From Octopus sinensis (Eukaryota): a stretch of 64,000 nucleotides of DNA. The stretch covers positions 12,586,001 through 12,650,000 of the forward strand of contig NC_043024.1 in assembly GCF_006345805.1 (NCBI RefSeq), read 5' to 3'. The notes below the pieces were generated by a model. That model did not search any database and was not told the DNA's origin. It worked only from the letters and a program-made list of their open reading frames with translations. The translations under genes were made by a program, and so were the position numbers. Shown one piece after another: positions 1 through 11,482 of the stretch. Every line of letters starts with the position of its first letter. Positions within the stretch are counted from its first letter, which is position 1.

Positions 1-114
1 TATCATTAACTCCTCCTAGGCCGCTGGTGCAAGGACAACGAAACTCAAACCAGCAACTCCTCTAATCCCATGGAATGTCCTAGGGGCTCAATTCTTTTAG
101 GGGCCGCCTAATTA

Positions 115-295
115 ACCATCATTTTTATTGCATTTTAAACTAAATACATAGCATTTCCCCAAGACACCTGATGAAGGCTGGAGGGTGTATTAGCCGAAAC
201 GTTGTGTTAACAACAAACAAGATGAGGACAAATATCGTCAAATGTAAATAATGTAAATAATGTACACAATACCTCATCTCTTAAATATAGAACTT
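115..295 (+). mobile_element. Penelope-like element terminal (pLTR-like) fragment carrying a hammerhead ribozyme
   Basis: Contains CCTGATGAAGGCT...AGCCGAAACGTTG, the usual PLE-associated minimal HHR signature, followed by an AT-rich tail. Boundaries approximate. Confidence 0.7.
163..208 (+). ncRNA. Minimal type-I hammerhead ribozyme, intact core
   Basis: Stem I GACAC(163-167)/GUGUU(204-208); CUGAUGA 168-174; stem II GGCUG/UAGCC; GAAA 196-199; palindromic helix III AACGUU; predicted cleavage after U203 (GUU). Confidence 0.8.
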
Positions 296-574
296 TCATA
301 TGTATTCGCACAGACACACAGACACACACACACACACACACACACGTGCGCGCATACATATAACACACGCTCAGATAAGCGTTCCACCCAGGCCTTCCCT
401 ACCGTCTATCGTCTCTCTATCACTAATACCTCCACCATTTTCCCCACTGCGTTATTCTGCTTCTGCCGTGTGATAACTACATACTTCGCCATTTTTTTCT
501 TTTCTCTGCGATACCAGTCATTCTTCCCACTCTCCGGAACGACTTCACTTAATAATATTCATCCATCATTCTCA

Positions 575-793
575 TACTCATTTACTTGTTTCAGTCATTT
601 GACTGCGGCCATGCTGGAGCACCGCCTTTAATCGAGCAACTCGACCCCGGGACTTATTCTTTTGTAAGCCCAGTACTTATTCTATCGGTCTCTTTTGCCG
701 AACCGCTAAGTAACGGGGACACAAACACACCAGCATCGGTTGTCAAGCAATGCTAGGGGGACAAACACGGACACACAAACACACACACACACA

Positions 794-834
<41 letters not shown>

Positions 835-989
835 TATATATATACATATATACGACAGGCTTCTTTCAGTTTCCGTCTATCAAATCCACTCACAAGGCTT
901 TGGTCGGCCCGAGGCTATAGTAGAAGACACTTGCCCAAGGTGCCACGCAGTGGGACTGAACCCGGAACCATGTGGTTGGTAAGCAAGCT
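575..989 (-). mobile_element. tRNA-derived SINE family A (CORE-like CCTTGGGCAAGT segment, internal (TA)/(TG) microsatellite), head slightly truncated
   Basis: Matches the full-length copy at 54000-54403 in reverse complement. Confidence 0.9.
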
Positions 990-999
990 TCCTCTTCTT

Positions 1000-1210
1000 A
1001 AAGTTGCCGAACTCATAGAATCGTTATTGCGCCGGGAAAAATACTTTGCGGTATTTCTTACGACTTTACGTTCTGAGTTCAAATTCCGCCGAGGTCGACA
1101 TAGCCCTTCAGCTCGCCGAGATCAATAAAATAAGTACCAGCTGGGATCGATGGAATCAAATTATCCCCTCCTACAAAATTGCTAGCCTTATGTTAAATAT
1201 ATGAAACCAA
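1000..1210 (+). mobile_element. SINE family C, diverged copy
   Basis: ACGTTCTGAGTTCAAATTCCGCCGAGGTCGAC B-box region and downstream ATAAAATAAGTACCAG, shared with 58239-58471. Confidence 0.8.
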
Positions 1211-1334
1211 TATTATCCCTCTCCGTTCCCACTTAAGATTGATCACTCTTATCAGTCTTTCTTCACCACCACTCACCTCTCATTCCCTCCATGTACCACA
1301 TCTGTCTCTCCGCTCACACTCTTGCAACCTACTA

Positions 1335-1342
1335 CAACAACA

Positions 1343-1383
<41 letters not shown>
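1335..1383. repeat. (CAA)n/(CTA)n trinucleotide microsatellite
   Basis: Direct tandem repeat; source of the poly-L/T/Y ORFs. Confidence 0.95.
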
Positions 1384-1974
1384 ACATACACATCCTCTCC
1401 CTTTCCCTCTCTTATCTTTTCTCTCTCTACTGTATTATCATACGATTTTGTTACTTATTTACCTTCACTCATCCCTTGCTATCCCCTACCTTTCCAAACT
1501 CATATCATCGATCACCCTTCTATCCCGATCTCAAATTCCCTACGACCACGCCTCAATTTCATTCAATCTTTAAATTCATCACCTGTTTTCCCTCCAAAAT
1601 ATATCTAACATCGATCTCACCCACAACCCTCGTTCTTAGTTCAATATATTCGCCCCTTACTTTCTCTCTCCCCATGGACCCTTACAACCTTTATCCATCC
1701 TCACTTCATGTTCTTCTGTTTCCATTCCCTTCTAATCATATTCTTGTAACTTCAGGATCGACCTTGGTATTTTATCGCCGTAATTGTATCCATTTTCCAG
1801 CTCCATCTCTTCACTCCCATCAACTCTTCAATAATGCGAGTGTCCAAGGAACTTCTCCACGGCAAAGAAACCTGTTCTGGCCCCTTCTCTCACACATAAA
1901 CCTTTCACTCCGTGACCCCACTCAGTCAAAAGGGGTCTTAATCTCGGCAGCTGCTTGATGAATCCCCTGTAGCT

Positions 1975-2165
1975 TCGTAAACTTGTACTCAGAGCTCACT
2001 GTAAAGTGGTTGACATAAAAAAAGGCATCCAAGCAGAGAAACCATACCAAAGCCGGCACAGGAGCTCGACGCACTCCTTTGAGCCCCTCGACCCTGTCAA
2101 ATCGTCCAACCCATGCCAGCTGGGAAGATGGACGTTAAACGAAGATGATAATCATGATAATGACA
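1975..2165 (+). mobile_element. Diverged LINE/SINE 3' tail (RTE-type tail ending in (GAT)-rich repeats)
   Basis: GTCAAATCGTCCAACCCATGCCAGC...GGACGTTAAACGAAGATGAT resembles the common octopus retroposon 3' end; recognised from memory. Confidence 0.55.
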
Positions 2166-2449
2166 CGTGTTTATCTGGATGTATTTCTATTAATAGCAAA
2201 CTTAATTAAAGAAAGGTATTATTTTAATCTTCTAGCCAGACATTTCACCATCGCTTTCATTATCGTCGTCATCATCATCATCGTTGTTGTTGTCATCATT
2301 AGTTAATATTTCTTTATCGCGTTCATTATTCGCCTCACACTCCCTCCGCCTTCCCCTCTCTTCCCTTTTGTTGTAATCCCGTAAGAAGGGATTAATATGA
2401 GTGAGGGTAGGCGTTTGTTTCCAGTCGTCACATCATCCTCATTGTTACC

Positions 2450-2700
2450 GTGACTTCATCATCATCATCATCACCCCCACCATCATCAATTTCATCAGAA
2501 CCATCATCATTCCCATCCACACCATTCTACTCCTCCACCCCTCATGGTCATCATCATCACCGTTATTACTAACACAACTCCACCAGCACCAGCAACAGCA
2601 GCAGCAGTAGCTTCACCACAACTACCACCACAGGCGCCATTTACCACCACCACCACCATCATCATCACCATCATCAACATCGTCATCATCATCATCATCA
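2450..2700. repeat. (CAT)/(CAC)/(CAG) compound microsatellite
   Basis: Direct observation. Confidence 0.9.
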
Positions 2701-3041
2701 CGTGTTTGTCTGTAATAGTAATCTTGCTTGATAATAATATCGAGCCTTATTGCTTTGAATCTGCCTTTATATTTATTCATAAGTCACTGTCAACTTCACT
2801 CAACAATCATTAATCAAACTAATGCTAACATATCTACTGACGAACTAAAGAAAAACAAAAGAATATCTTAAATTAGTTAAGACTCCGTCATCTTTGTAGG
2901 AAGAAGAAAAGCAATAACTCTTGGACTGAACTTGAACACAGCGAATAAGAGTGGTCGTATTTTGCTGCTTTAAGCGAAGTCATTGCTATCTTGCGTAATT
3001 TATGAACGTTGTGTTCCTACTGTTTCCCTTGATCACACACA

Positions 3042-3093
<52 letters not shown>

Positions 3094-3291
3094 TGTACGT
3101 GCGCATACACACGTCACTGGATTGCAGACATGCTGGGGCACGGTATCGAGGGATTTTAGTCATGCAAATCAACCACAGAGCGTATTTTCCTCTTAAGCTT
3201 AGTATTTATTGTATCAGTCTCGTTTGCCAAACCGTTAAATTCCGAGGCCATACTGAAACCAACACTGTTTGTAGGTGGAGGAACAAACATA

Positions 3292-3349
<58 letters not shown>

Positions 3350-3350
<1 letters not shown>

Positions 3351-3518
3351 GATGTGATTCTTTCAATTTCCGTCTGCTAAATTCGGCCAAAAGCATCATT
3401 CGGTCCTGGGGCTATAGTAGAAGTCACTAGCCTAAGGCGCCACTTCCGCGCAATGGGACTGAACCCGAAACCATATGGTCGCAAAGCAAACTTCTTAACC
3501 ACACAGCCATACCAGTAT
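3350..3518 (-). mobile_element. SINE family A head, older subfamily
   Basis: GGCTATAGTAGAAG...GGGACTGAACCCG...AACCACACAGCCAT homologous to the family A head. Confidence 0.8.
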
Positions 3519-3982
3519 GATATCAAATGTGAAAATGAGTGAAGTTATTTAACACCACCAGGTAAGATTAGTGGAACACAAATACACAACAAGCGCCATT
3601 CGAGACTTCGTTTACAAAGATTTTCTTTCTATTAAGAAAATATTTACGAAATTTTTGTTTGCCACGAAACTTTTAAAGGATGAAACAAAACAAACAGACC
3701 CACCCTTCCCATAAATGCAGAAAAAGAAATGCGAACAAAATAAGAAAAAATAAATCAGTCAAAAACGAAATTAAAAATATAAAAATAGAAATAAATACAC
3801 AAAGAAAAACATTTTTCTAAACACACACAAACAAAATAATTAAAAGCTATGCTGGAAGATTCGCAAGAATTTGGTTTATAAATGAAAATAAATAAACAAA
3901 TGAAATAAATAAATAACTAAATAATATATATAAGACGAAAGTGTAAGGCCGTTAATAATCTTTCGAAATTATAATTATTTCA

Positions 3983-4310
3983 ATGACAATAATGATGATG
4001 ATGATGATGCTGACGATAACCTTGATGACGAGGATGATAACGATGATGGTGATGACGACGATGGTGATGATAATGAAGCTGATGGTGATGATGATTATGA
4101 TGACAATGATGATGATGATGATAATGATGGTGATGATGATTATGATGACAATGATGACGATGACGTTGATGATGATGATGATGGTGAGGATGGTGATGAT
4201 GATGGTGATGATGATGATGATGATAATGAAGGCGATGATATTGATGTGGTGATGATGATGGTGATGAAGATGGTGAGGATAATGATGCTGCTGCTGCTGA
4301 TGATGGTGAA
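3983..4310. repeat. (GAT)n degenerate microsatellite
   Basis: Direct observation. Confidence 0.95.
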
Positions 4311-4645
4311 AATTATTTCTAGATTATATTGGTATTATTCTATTAATTATTTATTTTCGTTATTGATAATTAGCCTCCCGCTTAAATTTCTAATGTGAGT
4401 CTACTGCATGTGTGTGTGTGTGTGTGTGTGCGCGCGCGCGTGCGCGCGTATGTGTGTGTGTGTGTGAGTGTATGTGTGTGCATGTGTGTGCGTTTGTACC
4501 TGCTGTGTGTGTGTATGTGTGCGTATATAACATGCGTGTACGTATGTAGTGCATATCCAATGTGTACGTACACACCAGCATGCGTGAGTGCACTCAGGTC
4601 TGTGTGAATGAGTAAACGTGTGTGTTTAGTATGTATGTATATGTA

Positions 4646-4680
<35 letters not shown>

Positions 4681-4803
4681 GCGTGTGTGTGTTTGTGTGT
4701 CTGTGTGTGTGTGTGTTTGTGTGTGTGCCGATGTGTTGTATTCCGAAGAAGTAACCAGATTTGTGGTTGGATCAAGTTTGGTGATGATGGGTAAAATGTA
4801 TAT

Positions 4804-4910
4804 ATAGGCGCTGGCGTGGCTCTGTGGTAAGAAGCTTGCTTTTCAATCATAAGGTTCTGATTTCAGTTCCACTACGCGGTACCTTAGTCAGGTGTCTTCT
4901 ACTATAGGCT
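4804..4910 (+). mobile_element. SINE family A head fragment
   Basis: ATAGGCGCTGGCGTGGCTCTGTGGTAAG...GTGTCTTCTACTATAG. Confidence 0.8.
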
Positions 4911-4994
4911 CATCAGCAGGGATTTTTCAATTGTGTGGCCCGTTAGCATATATATTTATCATAGGAATTTATGGTTGATTTTGGGAGATGCTAA

Positions 4995-5808
4995 TTCTTT
5001 TATTTTTATTTGTTTCAGTCATTTGACTGCGGCCATGCTGGAGCACCGCCTTTAGTCCAACAAATCGACCCAAGGAATTTTGTAAACCTAGTATTTATTC
5101 CATCGGTCTCTTTTGCCGAACCGCCAAGTATATATAATATATAATACTTTTCTCCCTGGATTAAGTGCTCGTTTCTATTTTTGTCTTCTGCAATTTTATT
5201 TTTGGATCTTCTATATATATGAAGAATTTTCCTCCATGTGGCTGTTTTTCTCTCTGCAAAACAGAAAATTGCATTATGGAACAGTCATGTTAACGAGTTT
5301 TTTTTAATTTACTTATCATCCGTCGAGATACGTCTGCACCACTGGATACTCCTGAACCAGTTTTTGTGTGTCCCACAAGAGGAGTTGACGCTAGATGTGT
5401 CGAAACAATTGTTGTGATTAATAATATATTCTCGTATATTCCATCTTCTGTCTTTCATTTGTTTTATATATTATATATATATATATATATATAATACTTT
5501 TCTCCCTGGATTAAGTGCTCGTTTCTATTTTTGTCTTCTGCAATTTTATTTTTGGATCTTCTATATATATGAAGAATTTTCCTCCATGTGGCTGTTTTTC
5601 TCTCTGCAAAACAGAAAATTGCATTATGGAACAGTCATGTTAACGAGTTTTTTTAATTTACTTATCATCCGTCGAGATACGTCTGCACCACTGGATACTC
5701 CTGAACCAGTTTTTGTGTGTCCCACAAGAGGAGTTGACGCTAGATGTGTCGAAACAATTGTTGTGATTAATAATATATTCTCGTATATTCCATCTTCTGT
5801 CTTTCATT

Positions 5809-5854
<46 letters not shown>

Positions 5855-6015
5855 CGGGCTTCCTTCAGTTTCCGTCAACCAAATCCACTAACAAGGTTTT
5901 GGTCGGTCTGAAGTTATAGCAGAAGACACTTGCCCATGGTTCCACGGAGTGGGACTGAACCCAGAACCATGTGGTTGGTAAGCAAGCAACTTGCCACAAA
6001 GCCATGCCTGCGTAT
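4995..6015 (-). mobile_element. SINE family A copy split by a tandem-duplicated insert (tail 4995-5129, head 5854-6015)
   Basis: Both halves are in the same orientation and match the family A sequence; the middle is replaced by the 5141-5840 duplication. Confidence 0.8.
5141..5840 (+). repeat. Near-perfect ~350-bp tandem duplication (units start at 5141 and 5491) of a Penelope-like element with an HHR-like fold, bounded by (TA)n
   Basis: Anchors repeat at +350, and at +349 after a T8/T7 run difference. Confidence 0.9.
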
Positions 6016-6139
6016 GTGTATATAAAAATCTAAACATTTGGCACAATATAAGACCATAAATGAATACTTTTATCATCACTAGTCGTGACTGAGTGTGCCG
6101 AACCACTTATATTGCAAGAAATAAGATTTAAAACTATAT

Positions 6140-6265
6140 ATATACATTGACGGGGGAGATAACCGGCCCCTGAGCGAGTTTAGCATCACTGGGGTAGACT
6201 AGTTTCGCCTATTAGTCGTAGCCTCCTGACTTCCCTTTATGATCTCATTGCGTCTAGCTGTTTAT
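6140..6265 (-). mobile_element. Short (TA)n-flanked element with a decayed hammerhead-like motif (6191-6236)
   Basis: Minus strand reads GUCAGGA GGCUA...UAGGC GAAACUAGUC UACCCC; the core and stem II carry mismatches. Confidence 0.45.
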
Positions 6266-6618
6266 ATTAATATATATATATATATACTTAAGTCTTGCTG
6301 AACATGTAGTTCTGTACCCACTCAGACAGCAAGCCGCACAATGACATTTACACTGCTACCCCACCATGCATATACACGTACACATACACCCACACTCACG
6401 CCTATATATAAAGGCATAAATTGACTCGTTAGTTGGGTAAATGAAATCAATAAAACACCTACTTGTAGATAGATTACTTACATAACCTATTTTTATATGG
6501 ATCTGCACGACGCGACATATCGGATTTCGGAACCGATCGCAGTGTCAGGTTTGACGTGCACGCCTTGAGAAATTGTGTGCACATTAGTATGCGTGCGTGC
6601 GTGAGTGTATGTGTATAT

Positions 6619-6675
<57 letters not shown>

Positions 6676-6683
6676 AAGAGAGA

Positions 6684-6734
<51 letters not shown>

Positions 6735-7135
6735 ATGCCACGTGATATTTGTAACCTTTCTTATTTTAGTTTTCGAAAGAGATTTCTCGATATATCTATT
6801 TACCTTCGTATATATTTTCTGAAATTTTCCCATTTCTATTCGCTTTCAGACGCGCTCTGACATGAAATACTCGGCTTCTGAGCCATTGATGTTGTTTTAC
6901 AGCTAGGCATAACAACAGATGCAATCTAATTTATGCTAACTAGCTCACTTAAACATCCAGAAAAATATATGTATGTATAGGAGAGTATTGTAGTTCGCTT
7001 GAAGCATTGTAAAGAATAAAATATTTTGAATCGTACAACAATGGATTATAATACAGACAATGGTCTGTGTATACCTGTTGTAATTTAGTCATCCATAGTC
7101 TGATATGATATTTTGGAATAAAATTCCTTCTTCAG

Positions 7136-7169
7136 ATATTCTTTGGTGGAGCCGCTGCTATAATCGGCT
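7136..7169 (+). CDS. Possible 34-nt coding exon (IFFGGAAAIIG), phase 0 to 1
   Basis: Acceptor TTCCTTCTTCAG and donor GTATGT; phase-compatible with exon 15817. The donor coincides with the start of a (GTAT)n tract, so it may be chance. Confidence 0.3.
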
Positions 7170-7200
7170 GTATGTATGTATGTATGTATGTATGTATGTA

Positions 7201-7221
<21 letters not shown>

Positions 7222-7238
<17 letters not shown>

Positions 7239-7630
7239 TGTCAATGTTCAGATTTATTTCATGATTTCTTGCCAATAGAGAAAGCACCGGTTTCTAACCT
7301 AGAGGCTCTTTCACTGGAATTTCAACATCAACAACTGGGTTTTTTTGTATGTATGTATGTATATATGTATGTATGTATGTGTAGATTTTTATGTTTTATG
7401 TATGTATTCTCATGCCTATAGTTGCATATCTAGATATTCTCATATATATCTAAATGATAAACTTCTGGAAAGTTTTGCAGAGTTTTACAGTTCCACTGAT
7501 GGATTGGATCTGTAGTCTTCGAATTAGTTTTCTCCTTCCTGGTTTTCAGAAGCCTAATTTCTCAAGATTGGCATTTAAACAGTGTATTACATATACCAGG
7601 GCCCCAATAATTACATCTTATGGTTTCGGC
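7222..7630 (-). mobile_element. 3' end of an REL-endonuclease non-LTR retrotransposon (R4/NeSL-like), decayed, with (CA)/(CATA)n tail
   Basis: Minus frame 7611-7450 reads IIGALVYVIHCLNANLEKLGF*KPGRRKLIRRLQIQSISGTVKLCKTFQKFII*, a typical REL C-terminus (IIGALG...LQ...G). Confidence 0.75.
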
Positions 7631-7996
7631 CCCTAGACCGAGCGTTGCTGTAGATGAGTGGCCGGTGACAGAACGACGTCCCGTTCATGGAGGCATTTTG
7701 TGATCTCGGCCTCTTGGACATCATGGAAACCGAACAACCAGCATTTTGATTCCTTTGAGGATTCCGAGATACGAGCAACAAAATTTGCTCTCAGAATAGA
7801 ATATATATCTTGTGTACCTAATTAGGGATTTTAGTTTTGGTTGTCTCAATAGGGTTTGTATAAGGCTAAGAGCCACAGCAGGAAGGGTTTTGCTCCGGGC
7901 AGGAAACAAGGGAGGAAACTAATGATTCACCATCAGAAAACTTGGGAAGAAGTAAGGTGGAATGGTGAGAGTTAGAATCGCAAAACCGATGTGGAT

Positions 7997-8029
7997 CAAG
8001 GTTACCAAGGTTACCAAGGTTACCAAGGT
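7997..8029. repeat. 9-bp tandem repeat (CAAGGTTAC) x3.7
   Basis: Direct observation. Confidence 0.95.
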
Positions 8030-8764
8030 ATGGAAAAGAACTCTTGCTAACACACCAAGCACAGACGATCGTTGAAGGGATTTAGCTACCGAAAGGTTTA
8101 ATAAATGAGAACAAGCTCGAGCTGATGACGTCGAAGAAGAAGAAGAAGAAGGCGGAGGAGGAGGAGGTGGAGGAGGAGAAGATGATGATGATGATGTAAA
8201 TGAAAGTGATTTGTTAGTAACAGCTGTGGGACTACAATACGTATATATTACTACGAGGGGGATATAAAATCAATAAGAGATTTGAAAATTAAACATATGT
8301 CTCTTCATGTATAAGTTGATCCTTTCTCTCAGAACCACGCAACCCAAGAGGCTGAAAGCAATTCTTAAGTACACATTGTAATGAATCCTAAGATAAATAA
8401 ATTACAACGTGGGTTGGCAGCGACACGAACACCAACACACGTTACTTGCATTATCAGCCAACTCATACACGTACACATTTGTAATAATAAAGCCTGCAAA
8501 AAAATAATCAACACACACAGACAGACACACACACACTTAACGTCATACGTGTTCACATAAGCTCAAATTACTCGTAGAATCAAGCACGCGTGCAAACATA
8601 TACATGCAAACATACGTCTGTATTGGTTAACATAGACAGCTGTTTAATACTTAAGTCCATACATGGGCATATGAAAGGCGGGAAAGTGGGCAGTAACGAC
8701 CGCTCATATTCAAGCAAAACACTGATGAATATTCGGATGAAAATCGTCGAGAGAGATCAATAAT

Positions 8765-8870
8765 ATTGGTTACTTAATTTATGAAACCCGAAAGGATGAA
8801 AGGCAAAGTCGACTTCGACGGAATTTGAACTCAGAACGTAAAGACAAAAAAGATGCCGCTAAGCACTTTC
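8765..8870 (-). mobile_element. SINE family C fragment
   Basis: CCCGAAAGGATGAAAGGCAAAGTCGAC...GAATTTGAACTCAGAACGT. Confidence 0.85.
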
Positions 8871-8947
8871 TCTCCGACTCACAGCTCTACACTTAGAGAG
8901 GTACCATCCACTCTTGCCACACACACACACACACACACACACATATA

Positions 8948-9268
8948 AAGAACCCCTTTGGTCACGAATGACCGTAGGTTGGCGCCTAGAAAGTTCTCCT
9001 CCGAGGCACAAGTTCGGGAAAAGTTGTTTGTAGAAGACCAGCAATCGCCCATGCATACCAGTCCCCTCTTTCCACGCCACTGATGTTGTCCAAAGGAAAG
9101 GCAAAGAGGCCGATACAGCTTGGCACCATTGCAACTCATTTTTTTTGATGAGTGAACTGGAGCAACGTGAAATAAAGTGTCTTGCGCAAGAATATAACAC
9201 GACCCGGTCTGGGAAACGAACTCACAACCTCACGATTATAAGCCCAACACTCTAGAAACTGAGCCACA
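8948..9268 (-). mobile_element. tRNA-derived SINE, head/body type D with a distinct tail
   Basis: Minus-strand head GTGGCTCAGT...GAGTTCGTTTCCC and body GCAAGACACTTTATTTCACGTTGCTCCAGTTCACTCA shared with 35888 and 37911. Confidence 0.75.
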
Positions 9269-11354
9269 TATATTTACACACACACGCATACGCACATGTA
9301 TGTATGTATGTATATATGTACGCGTCGCACGTTTGTAAGCATGTATATAAAGGTTTGTAACGTAACATTGTATAATCAAAGACATTTGGAAAGAAAGCGA
9401 GATATGATTGGTTCAGATTTTACTAACTTGAATGGCTGCCGAAACGATTCGATACAAAATACTTCACATTTTATGAACGAAAGGATTCGCATATTCGCTT
9501 GAAGCAATCTCCACAGCCCTTTCTGCTGTAAGCAAACAAACAGGCATTTTTTGGAGCAATTGTAGGTAGTTTTACTGTTATCTATAATTCTCCATTGTAA
9601 TAACGAGTAACGGCCTCACAATAAGATTCCCCCATCAACGGTTATACCGCTTATGTGCGTATTTATAAACTGTAATCTTTAAATCCTTATTACATACACA
9701 ATGGTTTAGATCTAAAGATTACAGCTGTTACAGATTTAAGCATCGTCAATTTCTTCGATATTAATTTAGATTTAGAAACTGATAAATCTCTTACTGTAAA
9801 ATTAACGAGGAGTTGCATTCCATAAATGGAATTTCCTGCCATCCTATAATAATTCTAAATAAAGTTAGTAACATCCATAAGTGCATATCCTGCGTTTCCC
9901 TTGAGAGGAATGTTAATCGTGTTACTCATAAATAGTATCTTCAAAGACAGAACACTTTACTTTCGAAATGATACTAACATCATCAACTCAAAAATAGTCA
10001 ATGAAATTGCTCGTGGTACAATCCGCCTTTTAGTTTCTATGTTTGTTCTGATATTTCGAAGTACTTATTAAGTTTTATAAGCAAACGTTTCCTCATGAAC
10101 GGCGTGTATCTTCAATAAGCATAAAGTTAAAGTGAATGACGGATGTAACAAAACTTTGTTGCTTCTATAAACAATGGAAGCCTTTCTAGTAAGAACTTGG
10201 AAATTTCTCTTCTCTCTCTCTCTCCTCTCTATGTAATAGCCTTAATATTTGCCCTATCCACAGTCTGTGTGTCCCCAAACCAATAGAACTGAGATCTTTC
10301 TTAGAAACTACAGTAAAAATCATCTAAATAGCATTTAGAGAATAGTCTTTGAAGAAAATTCTCTTCATTTCAGCAGACCAAAAAAAAAAAAAGAAAAAGA
10401 TTAGAATTTCACCCAGCAAATATGTCTCAACCTTAAGGACGACAATGTTGGCAGTTATAAGACCAAATAGTCTGCTATGGAACATACGTCGCTTCGCATC
10501 AGTGGTTGCCAAAAGTGTAATCCTTATCCCTCGGAATAATGTAATATTCTGTTGCAATTTTAGCAAACATTTATGAATTGGGAAGTTCTTACTTACATTT
10601 CTATTGTTATTTATTGAGAAATTTCCACACAGATTTTAGTTAACAGACTCTACTTCCTGCATCACGGATTCGCTATACTCTAGGACTCCCCCATTTTCAA
10701 AAACATTAATTTAATCATAAACACAAAGAATTTATCAATAAAGAATGATCCATCAAATCGCGAAAAGCTGGTACACTATACATAGACAAATGAAAATGGT
10801 TGGTGGTTTTGTATAAGAAAGTGAAGAGACGAAACGTTGACAAGTTTTCATCCGGACTGATATCGCAACCAATGAGATATAGAACTACATTTGAATTAAT
10901 CTTACTTTGGTATTCTCGATTATTCTTTCATATATATTGTTCTACTGCCACGCTCTATCAAACATTTGAACAAACAGAATCGTCACATTGGCAATTACGA
11001 TTCAAAAAAGCTTCCGTCATATAAAGTTAGAAAGGTGGTGACCTGACAGAATTCAAAGTCCCGTCCGTATTTGTTCAGGATTTTTGCGTTATGAGTTCAA
11101 ATTACATCAAGAATAACCTTCCCTTTCATTGATTCTGGGGCGCTAAATATCGCCAACTCTTGGCAACCAGGGTTGATATGTTTACATTCTTATGACTTAG
11201 AAGTTGGACAAAGAAACCGATAGAAATTGTACAAGGCTTTAAAAAAAACAGGTAAATTTCTTCGATTAAACCCTTCAAGGCGGTACCCAAAGCATGACTG
11301 GTACCAAAAGACTGAAGCAAGTAAAAGTTAAAAAATCTCTATAACAGTTTCGCT

Positions 11355-11482
11355 GCTGCCGCTGCTACTGCTGCTACTCTTCTTGCTACTACTACTACTA
11401 CTACTACTATTACCACTACTACCACTACTACTACCACTACTACCACTACTACTACTACCATTACTACTACTACTACTACTAC
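11355..11482. repeat. (CTG)/(CTA)/(CCA) compound microsatellite
   Basis: Direct observation. Confidence 0.95.

Noticed and set aside
9425-9455. GGCTGCCGAAACGATTCG hammerhead-like string
   Set aside because: No core and the stem II loop is impossibly short.
10324-10566. GIRITLL...RMFHSRLF resembling Helitron helicase motif Ia
   Set aside because: Spacing is wrong and no other helicase motifs are nearby.
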